Source: Burkholderiales bacterium (GTDB lineage Bacteria > Pseudomonadota > Gammaproteobacteria > Burkholderiales > SG8-39). Taken from it: DNA of 64,000 bases. This document shows positions 1 to 9,229 of this stretch, piece after piece (the stretch's first letter is position 1; each line of letters starts with the position of its first letter). The DNA is taken from positions 1 through 64,000 of the forward strand of contig JBJXGX010000272.1 of the NCBI GenBank assembly GCA_046160305.1, written 5' to 3'. The position numbers and the translations under genes are program-made. The notes beneath the pieces were generated by a model, which was given only the letters and a program-made list of their open reading frames with translations, did no database searches and had not been told where the DNA came from.

Positions 1-216
1 CCTCTTCTATCGGCAATTTGGGATAGCGGCGCTCCAGATCGCCTGCCCGGTAGTCAGGCACGCGATGGCGCAAGGTCAGGTCCTGCGCGCGGGCGGGTGC
101 GCGCAGCGGATCAGCTTGCACGAAACCTAGTCTGGCAATCGCACGCCCCAAGCTTGTAGGTTTGAACAGGCTGCGGGCCAGCGCGTAGCGACGCAACTGA
201 TCGACGGTAAGGGGCA
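1..216 (-). CDS. N-terminal part of an AlkZ/YcaQ-like (DUF1006) winged-helix DNA glycosylase family protein; the gene continues beyond the window start
   Basis: Reverse-strand ATG at 214-216. Translation is MPLTVDQLRRYALARSLFKP...GFVQADPLRAPARAQDLTLRHRVPDYRAGDLERRYPKL, which matches the conserved N-terminal motif block of the YcaQ/AlkZ family. It is absent from the ORF table because it runs off the window edge. Confidence 0.5.
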
Positions 217-232
217 TGACGCGCTGTTACTC

Positions 233-720
233 TCAGGCCAGTGTGGTCCTAAGCCCAACGTTTGAGCTGAGACGCCGCTGGAGGCCGCAAGCCGGAAGCG
301 GTTGGCTCGAACGAAGGGTGTGCGCCCGACATGGGCATGAACTGATGGGGTGAAAGTCCCCTATGGGCGTAACCGACTGGTCGCATTGGATAAGGATAAC
401 CACTGGTCGAAGGCAAGGGCAAGCTCCCGAAGGTTTGTCCGAAGGAAGTCGAAGCGCAAAGATACGAGCCGACGGACAGAAACTGAGGAGGATCACCGCA
501 AGGTTATCCGCTGCAGGCCGTTTGGCGAACTGCGCACGGTCGTAAAGCGGCCCCATGAACCGACTAGAATCGGAACCACATCGAGTCGGTCCAACGCAGT
601 CCTGTGTATCTTCACCAGTTACCCGCCTCTCGACCACAAACACTCACTTGACTGCACAATTCAGCGAAAGGCGCGTACCGATGCGAAAATCGCCATGAGC
701 CTTACCACCCGCACCACTGA
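233..720. other. GC-poor non-coding region upstream of the peroxiredoxin gene; candidate structured RNA or leader (possibly a group-II-intron-like 5' fragment)
   Basis: GC content drops markedly. All ORFs here are basic and low-complexity, with no codon bias. Motifs repeat: CGAAGG/CGAAG at least 4 times within about 60 nt, and GACTGGTCG twice. The segment begins GTGCGCCCGACATGGGC, resembling a group II intron 5' end (Ll.LtrB starts GUGCGCCCAGAUAGGGUG). A 17-codon uORF (696-748) overlaps the prx start codon (ATGA). Confidence 0.2.
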
Positions 721-744
721 TGCTGATTGGAAATTGGAGACCGT

Positions 745-1233
745 ATGAAGGCCTTGCGTGTTGGCGACAAGGTGCCGGATGTTCCCCTGGTGGCGACGAC
801 CGCCGGCGGGCCGAAATTGCTGTCTCGCGCCGAGCTGTTCGGTGGCAAGAAGGTGGTTCTGTTTGCGGTGCCCGGCGCATTCACGCCAACCTGTACGGCA
901 CAGCACCTGCCAAGCTTTCTCGCCAATCACCGGCAGATCAAAGCGAAGGGCGTTGACACGATCGCCTGTGTCGCGGTCAACGATGTGTTCGTCATGAAGG
1001 CCTGGGCCGAGGCGAAAGATCCGGACCATGTGGTGCTGATGCTGGCTGACGGCGCGGCGGCGTGGACCAAGGCGGCCGGCCTGGATTGGGATTTGAGCAG
1101 CCTTGGGTTGGGCGTGCGCGCGCAGCGGTTCGCGATGATTGTCGACGATGGCGCGGTGAGCCACATCGCGGTGGAAGAAGGCGCTGCGTTCAAGGTGTCC
1201 AGCGGCGAGGCGATTCTGGCGGTACTGAAGTAG
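745..1233 (+). CDS. peroxiredoxin, Prx5 subfamily (AhpC/TSA redoxin family)
   Basis: ATG at 745 with GGAGA Shine-Dalgarno. The FTPTCT peroxidatic-Cys motif and PGAFTP motif are present. Length is about 162 aa. Confidence 0.85.
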   Translation: MKALRVGDKVPDVPLVATTAGGPKLLSRAELFGGKKVVLFAVPGAFTPTCTAQHLPSFLANHRQIKAKGVDTIACVAVNDVFVMKAWAEAKDPDHVVLMLADGAAAWTKAAGLDWDLSSLGLGVRAQRFAMIVDDGAVSHIAVEEGAAFKVSSGEAILAVLK

Positions 1234-1398
1234 CGTCGCTGCGGCCTTGTCGCTGCGGCCTATTTGGTCTTGAGCTTGAACGCAATGCCGGCGGCTGTCC
1301 CCTCAATGTCGGTACCAGGGTGGGCTTCGGGCTCGGCCGGGCGCGCGGACAGACTTGCTATTGATCACTTTGCAGCGTCGTTGGTTGCCAGTCATTCA

Positions 1399-1480
1399 TA
1401 CGAATGATACGAATGATACGAATGCTCGCAGTCGCCACGGTGTTCGAGAGGCTGTGTTCGAGAGGCTGTGTTCGCGAGGC
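1399..1480. repeat. two short tandem direct-repeat arrays in the intergenic/promoter region
   Basis: TACGAATGA x3 (about 1399-1425) followed by GTGTTCGAGAGGCT x3, the third copy being GTGTTCGCGAGGCT (about 1439-1480). They are read directly from the sequence, about 100 nt upstream of the strong RBS (AAAGGAGGAG) of the deacetylase gene. Confidence 0.6.
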
Positions 1481-1563
1481 TTGCAAAGGCCGCTCGCCTG
1501 GTGCAAGGTTAGGGTCATTTTCGCAGCATGCAACGCCAATAACGCTTTGCAAAGGAGGAGACC

Positions 1564-2586
1564 ATGAGCAGCTTTGACCGAAAAGGACCGTACGGCGGCG
1601 GTTCAACCGGACCGCGCTATCAGCCGAGGCCGCTGATCGCTTCCTCCGGGCGGCCCTCGTCGCTTGCCAGTCGTTCGTTGGCAAGCGGCGGCAAGAAGGA
1701 AATCCTGTGCGCCTTCGGCGTCGACGTGGACGCGGTGGCCGGCTGGCTGGGTTCGTACGGCGGCGAGGATTCGCCGTGCGATATCTCGCGCGGTTTGTTT
1801 GCCGGGGAAGTGGGTGTGCCCCGCTTGGTGCGTTTGTTCGACCGGTTGCAAATCCCCACGACCTGGTTCATCCCCGGCCATTCGATAGAAACCTTTCCCG
1901 AGCAGACGAGGATGGTGGTCGATGCCGGACATGAAATCGGCATGCATGGCTATTCGCACGAGAATCCGATCGCCATGACACCGGTGCAGGAAGAAGCGGT
2001 GATGGACCGGTGCATCGAGCTGATCGAGCGCGTCTCGGGCCGGCGGCCGAGCGGATACGTGGCGCCGTGGTGGGAGTTCAGTCGCATCACCAATGAGCTG
2101 TTGCTCGCCAAGGGTATCAAGTACGACCACAGCCTGATGAACGACGACTTCCATCCGTTCTACGCGCGTGTGGGCGATCGCTGGACGAAGATCGACTATT
2201 CCAAGCATCCCGCCGAATGGATGAAGCCGCTCGTGCGCGGGACTGAAACCGGTTTGATCGATATTCCCGGCAATTGGTATCTGGACGATCTGCCGCCGAT
2301 GATGTTCATCAAGTCGGCGCCGAACAGCCATGGCTTCGTCAATCCGCGGGACATCGAGCAGCTCTGGACCGATCAGTTCGACTGGGTCTATCGCGAATAC
2401 GACTACGCGGTCTTCGCCTTCACGATCCATCCCGATGTGTCGGGTCGCCCGCAAGTCCTGCTGATGCTCGAGCGGATGTTCGCGCACCTCAACGGCCATC
2501 CTGGTGTGCGCTGGTGCACCTTCGATGAGATCGCCGATGATTTCGCGCGCCGCTGCCCGCGCAGCCAAGCCGCGGTTGCAGCGTAG
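1564..2586 (+). CDS. polysaccharide deacetylase (NodB-homology domain) family protein
   Basis: 340 aa. Contains the DVD...HG(Y)SH motif pattern typical of NodB-type deacetylases. Strong RBS. Confidence 0.8.
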   Translation: MSSFDRKGPYGGGSTGPRYQPRPLIASSGRPSSLASRSLASGGKKEILCAFGVDVDAVAGWLGSYGGEDSPCDISRGLFAGEVGVPRLVRLFDRLQIPTTWFIPGHSIETFPEQTRMVVDAGHEIGMHGYSHENPIAMTPVQEEAVMDRCIELIERVSGRRPSGYVAPWWEFSRITNELLLAKGIKYDHSLMNDDFHPFYARVGDRWTKIDYSKHPAEWMKPLVRGTETGLIDIPGNWYLDDLPPMMFIKSAPNSHGFVNPRDIEQLWTDQFDWVYREYDYAVFAFTIHPDVSGRPQVLLMLERMFAHLNGHPGVRWCTFDEIADDFARRCPRSQAAVAA

Positions 2587-2589
2587 GCC

Positions 2590-2925
2590 ATGTGCGGGCT
2601 GTGCGGCGTCTTGGGCGGACTCGGACATTGGACCGAGAGCCAGGCCGCGCCCGATGCGTTCGCCGGGCGCGAGCACACGCACACAAGCACGCGAGAACGT
2701 CTTGACCGCTCGGCACTGGTCAATCAGGTGCTGCAGCACTATCGGATGAACTTGAAACCCTGGTCCGGGTCATCGTACGTCCTGCGCGGCGGTACCGGCA
2801 AAACCGTGCTGGTCGAAAACCTGTCGCAGATGTGGGCCGCCGCCGAAAAGATGACCGGGCTGCAATTGGATCCGCTCGATGAGGCGCTGATCCGCGATCT
2901 GCGAGCGCAGGGTGCGAGGGACTGA
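2590..2925 (+). CDS. hypothetical protein (N-terminal MCGLCG motif), stop overlaps/abuts the downstream COG0523 GTPase start
   Basis: 111-aa ORF with high GC3. Its stop at 2923-2925 lies immediately before the ATG at 2930 of the next gene. No family recognised. Confidence 0.4.
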   Translation: MCGLCGVLGGLGHWTESQAAPDAFAGREHTHTSTRERLDRSALVNQVLQHYRMNLKPWSGSSYVLRGGTGKTVLVENLSQMWAAAEKMTGLQLDPLDEALIRDLRAQGARD

Positions 2926-2929
2926 CGCG

Positions 2930-3985
2930 ATGGCCGCAGGCGAGCGTATCCCGGTCAATGTCATCACCGGTTTCTTGGGCAGCGGCAAGACGACGCTGCT
3001 GCAGCGCCTGCTGCGCTCGCCCTCGCTACAGAACACCGCGGTCCTGGTGAACGAACTTGGCGAGATCGGACTAGACCATCACCTCCTGCAAAACGCGGTC
3101 ACGCCCACCTTGCTGTTAGAGAACGGGTGCCTATGCTGCGCAATCCGGGGCGATCTGAAGGAGGCGTTGCGCGATCTGTTCGACCGACGCGAACGCGGCG
3201 CTATCCCTGCGTTCACGCGCGTGATCATCGAAACGTCGGGCTTGGCCGATCCGGCGCCGATCGCCTATACGGTACTGGCCGAACCCGTGCTGCAACATCA
3301 CTTTCGCCTGGGCAGTGTCATCACGGTCGTGGATGCAGTGAATGGGCTCGAGCAGCTTGCCAAATTCGAGGAGTCGGTGAAACAGGTGGCCGTTGCCGAT
3401 CGACTGGTGCTGACGAAGACCGATCTCGCGCACGCCGATCAGCTCACGCAGTTGCGCAAGCGGCTCATCGAGCTGAATTTGTCCGCGCCGATCGTCGATA
3501 CCGCGCTCGAGCTACCAGATCCCGGCGATCTCATCATCCAAGACATTCATGACGCTGCCGGCAAGGCGCTGGAAGCGGGCCGGTGGGTGGTGGCCGCCCG
3601 CGAAACGGCGCTCGACCATCGCCATACGAGCGACGTTACCTCGTTTGCGCTGGTGTTCGACCAACCGATGGATTGGACGGCGTTCGGCGTTTGGATGACG
3701 ATGCTCTTGAATCGCTACGGCGACAAAGTGCTGCGCATCAAGGGCATTCTGAACGTGGCCGGCGTGCCAACACCGGTGTTGATCAACGGCGTGCAGCACA
3801 TCGTGCATCCACCGGTGCACTTGCCGGCTTGGCCCGATGCCGATCAGCGCTCTCGTTTGGTCTTCATCGTGCACGGCCTTGAGCGCGAGCGGATCGCGGT
3901 GTCGCTCGCGGCATTCAACCGGTTGGCCAACCCGACCGCGTCGACCGTGACCCCGACCGCCAAAGCAGTCGAGAACGCCGGATGA
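2930..3985 (+). CDS. COG0523 / CobW-family GTPase metallochaperone (ZigA/YeiR-like)
   Basis: P-loop GFLGSGKTT and the CxCC motif (GCLCCAIRGD) are present, plus the CobW C-terminal domain. Confidence 0.85.
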   Translation: MAAGERIPVNVITGFLGSGKTTLLQRLLRSPSLQNTAVLVNELGEIGLDHHLLQNAVTPTLLLENGCLCCAIRGDLKEALRDLFDRRERGAIPAFTRVIIETSGLADPAPIAYTVLAEPVLQHHFRLGSVITVVDAVNGLEQLAKFEESVKQVAVADRLVLTKTDLAHADQLTQLRKRLIELNLSAPIVDTALELPDPGDLIIQDIHDAAGKALEAGRWVVAARETALDHRHTSDVTSFALVFDQPMDWTAFGVWMTMLLNRYGDKVLRIKGILNVAGVPTPVLINGVQHIVHPPVHLPAWPDADQRSRLVFIVHGLERERIAVSLAAFNRLANPTASTVTPTAKAVENAG

Positions 3986-4012
3986 CCAGACCGCCGGTGC
4001 AATCCGCTGCAA

Positions 4013-4558
4013 TCAGCGGTCGTACGACACCGGCCCGCGACGAGGCGGAGCGCTACGCGCCGTCCAGCCATCGCGGGACGAGCGCACCAGAAAATGCAGC
4101 AGATAAAACAGCAGTGCCAAGATCAACAGCAGCACGATCGCGAGGAGATTTTCGCCCAAACCCGAGCCGATGATGGGCCCATCCCCCGTCAGATGCAGCG
4201 CGAGCATCGCTACGGCCTGCAAGGCAGCACCGGCCAGGAAGATCAACGCGATAAGAATGGAAATCTGCAAGGTGTTGAACACCAGCGTGGAGGCGTCCAA
4301 CGACGTGACCCTGGACGACAAATTCTGGCGATACGAGCTCCAGTGCGCGACGATGTAGGCGATGACGCCGACCACCGAGGCAAACCAGAAAATGACATTG
4401 GTAAAGTGGATGTTCGGAATCGCGCCCTTGAGAAACTTCTCGAAAGGCGGATAGAAATACAGAAAGACCAATCCGATGATCACTGCGATCAACGCGATCC
4501 AGAATCGGGGCCGACGGGTGACGCTGTCTTGTCGGGCGTCGGTAGCGGGTGCGGACAT
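4013..4558 (-). CDS. hypothetical 4-TM membrane protein (paralog of 19234..19734)
   Basis: 181 aa and hydrophobic. Shares the FLYFY-PF...IFW...H-W-YR block with the ORF at 19234..19734. Confidence 0.6.
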   Translation of the reverse strand: MSAPATDARQDSVTRRPRFWIALIAVIIGLVFLYFYPPFEKFLKGAIPNIHFTNVIFWFASVVGVIAYIVAHWSSYRQNLSSRVTSLDASTLVFNTLQISILIALIFLAGAALQAVAMLALHLTGDGPIIGSGLGENLLAIVLLLILALLFYLLHFLVRSSRDGWTARSAPPRRGPVSYDR

Positions 4559-4839
4559 AAGTTGCCTTGAGTCTTGAGGCGCCGTCTCGGGTCTTGAGGC
4601 GCCGCCTTGCCGGAGGACGGGCCGTGCGCAATCGATGGTGGTGCGAGCGTATCCGGATTTGCGGCAATGTCAACCGGTGTCCGGCGGCATCGCTGGTCGA
4701 ATCGCTATCCCTCCAGTCATCGGCATTCGTGCAGAGTGAGGCGGGGCGGCCGGCCTGCCGGCGGCCGCCCTGATTGACTGCGGAGTCAGACCAGAAGATC
4801 ACGCCTTGAAAGAAGTGATCGCGGTCGGACCCATCGTAG

Positions 4840-5000
4840 AAGCCGCTCAACATGCAGCAGCTCTTGAAACCGATGACCCGAATTGCACGGGCATGGGTCA
4901 TTGCGACCGAGCTTTTCGAGAAGCTCTTTGTTCCCGTTCACGACGCGATCCCCACGCTTGACGCGGGTTTCAGAAGGGAAGCCCTTCCTACGTTTGCTGG
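4840..5000 (-). pseudogene. remnant of the C-terminus of a SEC-C-motif protein (frameshifted)
   Basis: Minus-strand translation gives [13 protein letters not shown]. After a 1-nt frame change it gives (V)IGFKSCCM. Together these reconstruct a degraded [23 protein letters not shown] zinc motif. It is embedded in a 1-kb GC-poor decayed intergenic region (4560-5600). Confidence 0.25.
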
Positions 5001-5608
5001 TCGGCTCGAAACCAAAATTGGTCGAGGTGCTGTGATTTGCGTTTCATGGCATACCTCCATTGTTCAATCCCGAGAATCGGGGCGCGAATGGTACCGCCAG
5101 TTGATATCGCTAGTGTTTGCAAAATGCGGATCTGTGTCGGCCATCCCTGCGAAAAATTGTGCTTTGGCGTTGTTCCATCTGTTTCGCACATCGATTCCTA
5201 CAATCCCCATCGCGACGGTGCGTTGCGACCGGCGGATGTGATCCGATCGCTTGGTCCGGTCTTCATTTTCGTGCTTGAACTCGTTGATCAGCGCATCGCC
5301 TACTCGACACCCGTATTGGCGTGCATCGTTGTCTACAGCCTATTTTCGGTCGGCGCGAATCTATCGCGCGGGTGGCGGCGATAGCGACAAGAAGTAGATG
5401 CCCCACGCATATTCCCTACAATGGCTTGGCGCTGCGGAGCAAAGACTCGCAGCGCTTCGAACGCACCGACCGCGGCAATCCGGCGCGGCGATGGCAACAG
5501 CACCGGTTGAGAGAAGATGGTCTAATCGATTCAGTAGTGCGTCGCCACCGTTTTCACCTATCACCCGAGAGTGTGCGAGGGTGTCGCTTGGCTCACCGGA
5601 AAGGAGGC

Positions 5609-6577
5609 ATGATGAAATTCGCGCTGTTCTTGATGGTCTGTTTGTTAGCCGGTGGGATGTCGGCGCCTGGTGAGGCGCAGCCCTTGTCGACGCGGCCGAT
5701 TCGGTTGATCGTGCCGTTCGCCACGGGTGGCGCGACCGATACGTTTTCCAGGGTGATCGCCCAGCATATGACCGAGGCGATGGGCCAGCCGGTGGTGGTG
5801 GAAAACCGTACCGGCGCGGGCTCATCCATCGGGGCCGACGTGGTGGCGAAGGCCGCGCCCGACGGTCACACGCTGCTCCTGACCGACATGTCCACCCACT
5901 CGATCGTCGCTTCGCTCTACAAGAAGCTGCCGTACGACCCGGTCGGCGATTTCGCCGGCGTCGCGTCGATCGCCACCTCGCCGCTCCTGATCGTCGCGCA
6001 TCCCTCGCACAACATTCAGTCGCTCAGCCAGTTCGTCCAGCGCGCGAAAGACGAAGCGGGCAAGTTGACCTATGGATCCTCGGGTAACGGCACGATTACG
6101 CACTTGGCATTCGAGTGGATGAAGAAGCGCGCGGGTATCGAGGTCGTTCACGTGCCGTTCAAGGGGGGCGCGAGCACGGTCACCTCGATCCTCTCGGGTG
6201 AGCTCACCGTGTCGATCGCGACGATCCCGGCGTTCATCTCGCACGTGAAGGCGGGCAAGCTCGTGCCGCTCGCGGTCACGTCGGGCAAACGCTCCTCGCA
6301 CCTTCCTGATATTCCAGCGATTGCCGAGACGGTCCCCGGCGTCGACGCGGTGGTGTTCACCGGCGTGCTGGCGCCCGCCAAGACACCACGCGAAGTGATC
6401 GATCGGCTCAACGCCGAATTCAGCCGCGCGCTCGATGGCACGAAGGTGAAAGAGGCGTTCGCGGCGAACGCGGCCGACGCCTTGCGCATGACGCCAGCGG
6501 CGTTTCAAACAAAATTCGTGGGCGATATGCGTGCGTGGGCCGAGATCGTGGCGGCGAGCGGTGCGCGCATTGATTGA
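5609..6577 (+). CDS. Bug/TctC family tripartite tricarboxylate transporter substrate-binding protein
   Basis: ATGATG start with AAGGAGG RBS and a signal peptide. Characteristic Bug family motifs are present (PFATGGATD, ENRTGAG, GKLTYGSSGNGT). Confidence 0.8.
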   Translation: MMKFALFLMVCLLAGGMSAPGEAQPLSTRPIRLIVPFATGGATDTFSRVIAQHMTEAMGQPVVVENRTGAGSSIGADVVAKAAPDGHTLLLTDMSTHSIVASLYKKLPYDPVGDFAGVASIATSPLLIVAHPSHNIQSLSQFVQRAKDEAGKLTYGSSGNGTITHLAFEWMKKRAGIEVVHVPFKGGASTVTSILSGELTVSIATIPAFISHVKAGKLVPLAVTSGKRSSHLPDIPAIAETVPGVDAVVFTGVLAPAKTPREVIDRLNAEFSRALDGTKVKEAFAANAADALRMTPAAFQTKFVGDMRAWAEIVAASGARID

Positions 6578-6665
6578 TGGCTGAGGACATCCTGACCGGC
6601 CGACGACTGGCGCCGCGATCTGCCCCGGCATCTTGCATGTCGCGGCGTAAGCGAGGGATACCCGC

Positions 6666-7088
6666 ATGGACAAAGGGCTGGCGTTCGACCACATTCATCT
6701 GATCAGCCGCGATCCGCGCGCGGCGGCGAATTGGTATTGCGAGATGTTCGGCGGTGAGATTTCCGCGGAGCAGCCGAACTTGCGCGGTGCACTGCAAATC
6801 GATGTGCGCATCGCGGGCATGACGATTGTTGTTCGCGGCCAGCGACCCGGCGAACAACCGGCCGCGACCAAACCCATGCAGGCCTTCGCGGGCTATTCCA
6901 GCCACGACGAGTGGGGCACCGATCACTTCTGTTTCACCTACCGTGGCGATCTGCGGGCTTTCTGCGACACGCTGAAGGGCAAGGGCGTGAAGATGGCCGT
7001 CGAGCCGTGGGAGTTCAAGCCGGGGGTGGTGCTGTGCTATGTGAGTGCGCCCGATAACGTCAGTATCGAGTTGATTCAGGAGCAGTAA
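6666..7088 (+). CDS. VOC (glyoxalase/bleomycin-resistance/dioxygenase) family protein
   Basis: 140 aa. N-terminal FDHIHLISRDPRAAANWY and C-terminal glyoxalase-like half. Confidence 0.75.
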   Translation: MDKGLAFDHIHLISRDPRAAANWYCEMFGGEISAEQPNLRGALQIDVRIAGMTIVVRGQRPGEQPAATKPMQAFAGYSSHDEWGTDHFCFTYRGDLRAFCDTLKGKGVKMAVEPWEFKPGVVLCYVSAPDNVSIELIQEQ

Positions 7089-7172
7089 GCGGCGGGCGCG
7101 ATCAGGGGTGCGGCAGCGTCAGGTCCGCGGGGCAAGGTAGTATGCTGCCTGCAAACGACTTGGGGGAGAACG

Positions 7173-9227
7173 ATGCCGAGCCGGCTGGGAATTGACGTGG
7201 GGGATACGCATGTCGATTTTCTGCTCTTCGATGATGCGACCGGGCGCACGCATGCGCACAAGACACCCTCCACGCCGCAGGATCCCGCAGTTGGCGTCGC
7301 GCGAGGGCTCGCCGAGCTGATCCGCACTTCGGGCATCCGCCCTGCCGACATCGGCGAGCTGGTGCATGGCACGAGGGTGCCCGCCGATCTGGTGCAGTCC
7401 CGCAACGGCGCCAAAGTCGGTTTGCTGGTTACGCATGGTTTCGAGCAGGTGCTGCATCTGGCCCACGCCCGAACTTTCGGGCCGCTGAACGATCGGTTTT
7501 CCATGGTCGAGCCGCAGGCACTGGCGGACTTGGCAATGATTCGTGGCGTTGCGGAACGGATGTCGTCGCGCGGTGACGCGATCGCCCCGCTGGACGAAGC
7601 CTCCGCACGCCGCGCAATCGGTGAGCTGTTGGCCGCCGGCGCGCAATCGCTGATCGTTTGCCTGCTGCACGCTTATGCCAACGCCGCACACGAGTTGCAG
7701 CTCAAGGCGATCATTCGGGACCTGGACGGGCAGATTCCGGTCACCCTATCCCATGTAATGACGCTGGAAGCCGGCGAATACGAACGCGCCCTCGCAACGA
7801 TCATGAACGCGTATGTCCAGCCGGGTATGAGCCGGTACGTGAGCAGCCTGCAAGAGAAACTACGGAGCGCGCAGTTGAGTCCGCGCATCAGCATCGTGCA
7901 ATCCACCGGTGCCCGGGCCAGCACGAGCCAGGCCATCGAGACACCAGTGCACACGATGCTGGCCGGCCCCGCGGGCGGCGCAGCGGGCGCCGCGCACATC
8001 GCCTCGCTGGCGGGTTATCCCGATGCGCTCGCGCTCGACATGGGCGGCGCGTCCACCTACCTGTGTCTGATTCGCGATGGCGCGGCGCGAATGTCCAACC
8101 ACACGGCACTGCATCACAACGCGGACATCGATTCGATCAACCTGCCTTCCCTGGATGTGCGCCGCATCGGCGCCGGTGGCGCAGCGATTGCGCACGTGCC
8201 CGCGCCGGGCACGCTAAGGGTTGGGCGGCAAGGCGCGGGCGCGATGCCTGCGGCGCCGGGTCTCGGACACGGCGCCGCGGTGGCGACCGTGACCGATGCG
8301 AACATTGTGCTCGGCCGTCTTGCTGCCACGATTCCATCGTCGAATGTGCAGGCGGCCCAGGCGGCGGTGGCCTCCTTGGCGCGCGAACTGGGCCTGGACC
8401 CGCATCGCGCCGCCGAGGGCATCATCGAAATCGCGAACGAGAACATGGCGGGGGCGCTGCGCTGTGCGGCATTGGAAAAGGGATTGGACCCGACCCGCCT
8501 CGCACTGGTGGCCTTCGGTGGCGCGGGGCCGATGCACGCCTGCGCGTTGGGTATGCTCACCGGGTGCGCGCCGGTCATCGTGCCCCGGCATGCCGGCGTG
8601 TTGTCGGCGCTGGGTTTTCTATGTTCGTCCTATTCATACCAGTTCGCGCAGACGATCGGCCGCACGCTGAATGCGCTCCCCCAGTCGGATATCGATGAGA
8701 CGATCGAGCGGCTCGGTGCCAAGGCGTCCGCCTGGCTCGCCAAGGAGGCGCCCGCGAGCGATGGCAAAATCCGATGGCGCGCCGAAATCGGCTACCTGCG
8801 AAGTGCCTTCCAGATTTCGGTCAGTGTCGATCCGGCTACACTTCGCAACGGCGGACGGTCGGCGCTGGCCGGCCAACTCGATGAGGCCCACCGGCAACGA
8901 TTTGGTTTCGAACACGACGAACCGATTCAACTGATCACCATGCGCGCTATTGCTACTGCACCGGCGGACCGCCTTCTGCTGCGCAAATCCGAACGCGCCG
9001 GCCCCGATCCGGCCGGTGCGCGCATCCGCCAGACGCAGACGTATTTCGATGGCTCGTTCGTCAACACCGCCGTCTACGAACGCGATCGGCTGCTCGCCGG
9101 CAATCGGATCGTGGGTCCGGCGATCGTCGTTCAGCACGATACGACGATCGTTATTCTCCCCGCCCACGTGGGTGAGATCGACGAATACCTGAATCTGCTG
9201 ATTCGGGCCCAAGGCACTCAACACTGA
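7173..9227 (+). CDS. hyuA: hydantoinase/oxoprolinase family protein, A (HyuA-type) subunit
   Basis: 684 aa. N-terminal LGIDVGDTHVDFLL (ASKHA fold) and central MLAGPAGGAAGA motifs. Translationally coupled to the next gene (TGA 9225-9227, ATG 9230). Confidence 0.85.
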   Translation: MPSRLGIDVGDTHVDFLLFDDATGRTHAHKTPSTPQDPAVGVARGLAELIRTSGIRPADIGELVHGTRVPADLVQSRNGAKVGLLVTHGFEQVLHLAHARTFGPLNDRFSMVEPQALADLAMIRGVAERMSSRGDAIAPLDEASARRAIGELLAAGAQSLIVCLLHAYANAAHELQLKAIIRDLDGQIPVTLSHVMTLEAGEYERALATIMNAYVQPGMSRYVSSLQEKLRSAQLSPRISIVQSTGARASTSQAIETPVHTMLAGPAGGAAGAAHIASLAGYPDALALDMGGASTYLCLIRDGAARMSNHTALHHNADIDSINLPSLDVRRIGAGGAAIAHVPAPGTLRVGRQGAGAMPAAPGLGHGAAVATVTDANIVLGRLAATIPSSNVQAAQAAVASLARELGLDPHRAAEGIIEIANENMAGALRCAALEKGLDPTRLALVAFGGAGPMHACALGMLTGCAPVIVPRHAGVLSALGFLCSSYSYQFAQTIGRTLNALPQSDIDETIERLGAKASAWLAKEAPASDGKIRWRAEIGYLRSAFQISVSVDPATLRNGGRSALAGQLDEAHRQRFGFEHDEPIQLITMRAIATAPADRLLLRKSERAGPDPAGARIRQTQTYFDGSFVNTAVYERDRLLAGNRIVGPAIVVQHDTTIVILPAHVGEIDEYLNLLIRAQGTQH

Positions 9228-9229
9228 CG

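Noticed and set aside
233-720. Cobalamin riboswitch, SRP RNA, RNase P or tmRNA identity for the leader
   Set aside because: GGTGAAAGTCC and AAGCCGGAAG resemble B12-riboswitch pieces but occur in the wrong order, and the GCCACTG B12 box is absent. GTCCGAAGGAAG only loosely resembles the SRP domain IV motif. The RNase P GGAAAGTCCGGGCTCC motif is absent. The downstream gene (peroxiredoxin) is not B12-related.
350-748. 132-aa ORF across the GC-poor leader
   Set aside because: Extremely basic, low-complexity product in a region lacking codon bias. Only its last 17 codons (uORF 696-748) are worth keeping in mind.
1603-2739. 378-aa minus-strand ORF overlapping the deacetylase gene
   Set aside because: Arg/Ala-rich composition typical of antisense high-GC ORFs. 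The sense gene has clear NodB motifs and a strong RBS.
4852-5384. Plus-strand ORFs of 129 and 115 aa in the 4.6-5.6 kb region
   Set aside because: The region is GC-poor relative to genes, the products have no domain or composition bias of real proteins, and there is no RBS. It is better explained as decayed DNA carrying a SEC-C remnant on the other strand.
5822-6694. 290-aa minus-strand ORF over the Bug gene
   Set aside because: Antisense shadow of a confidently identified Bug/TctC gene.
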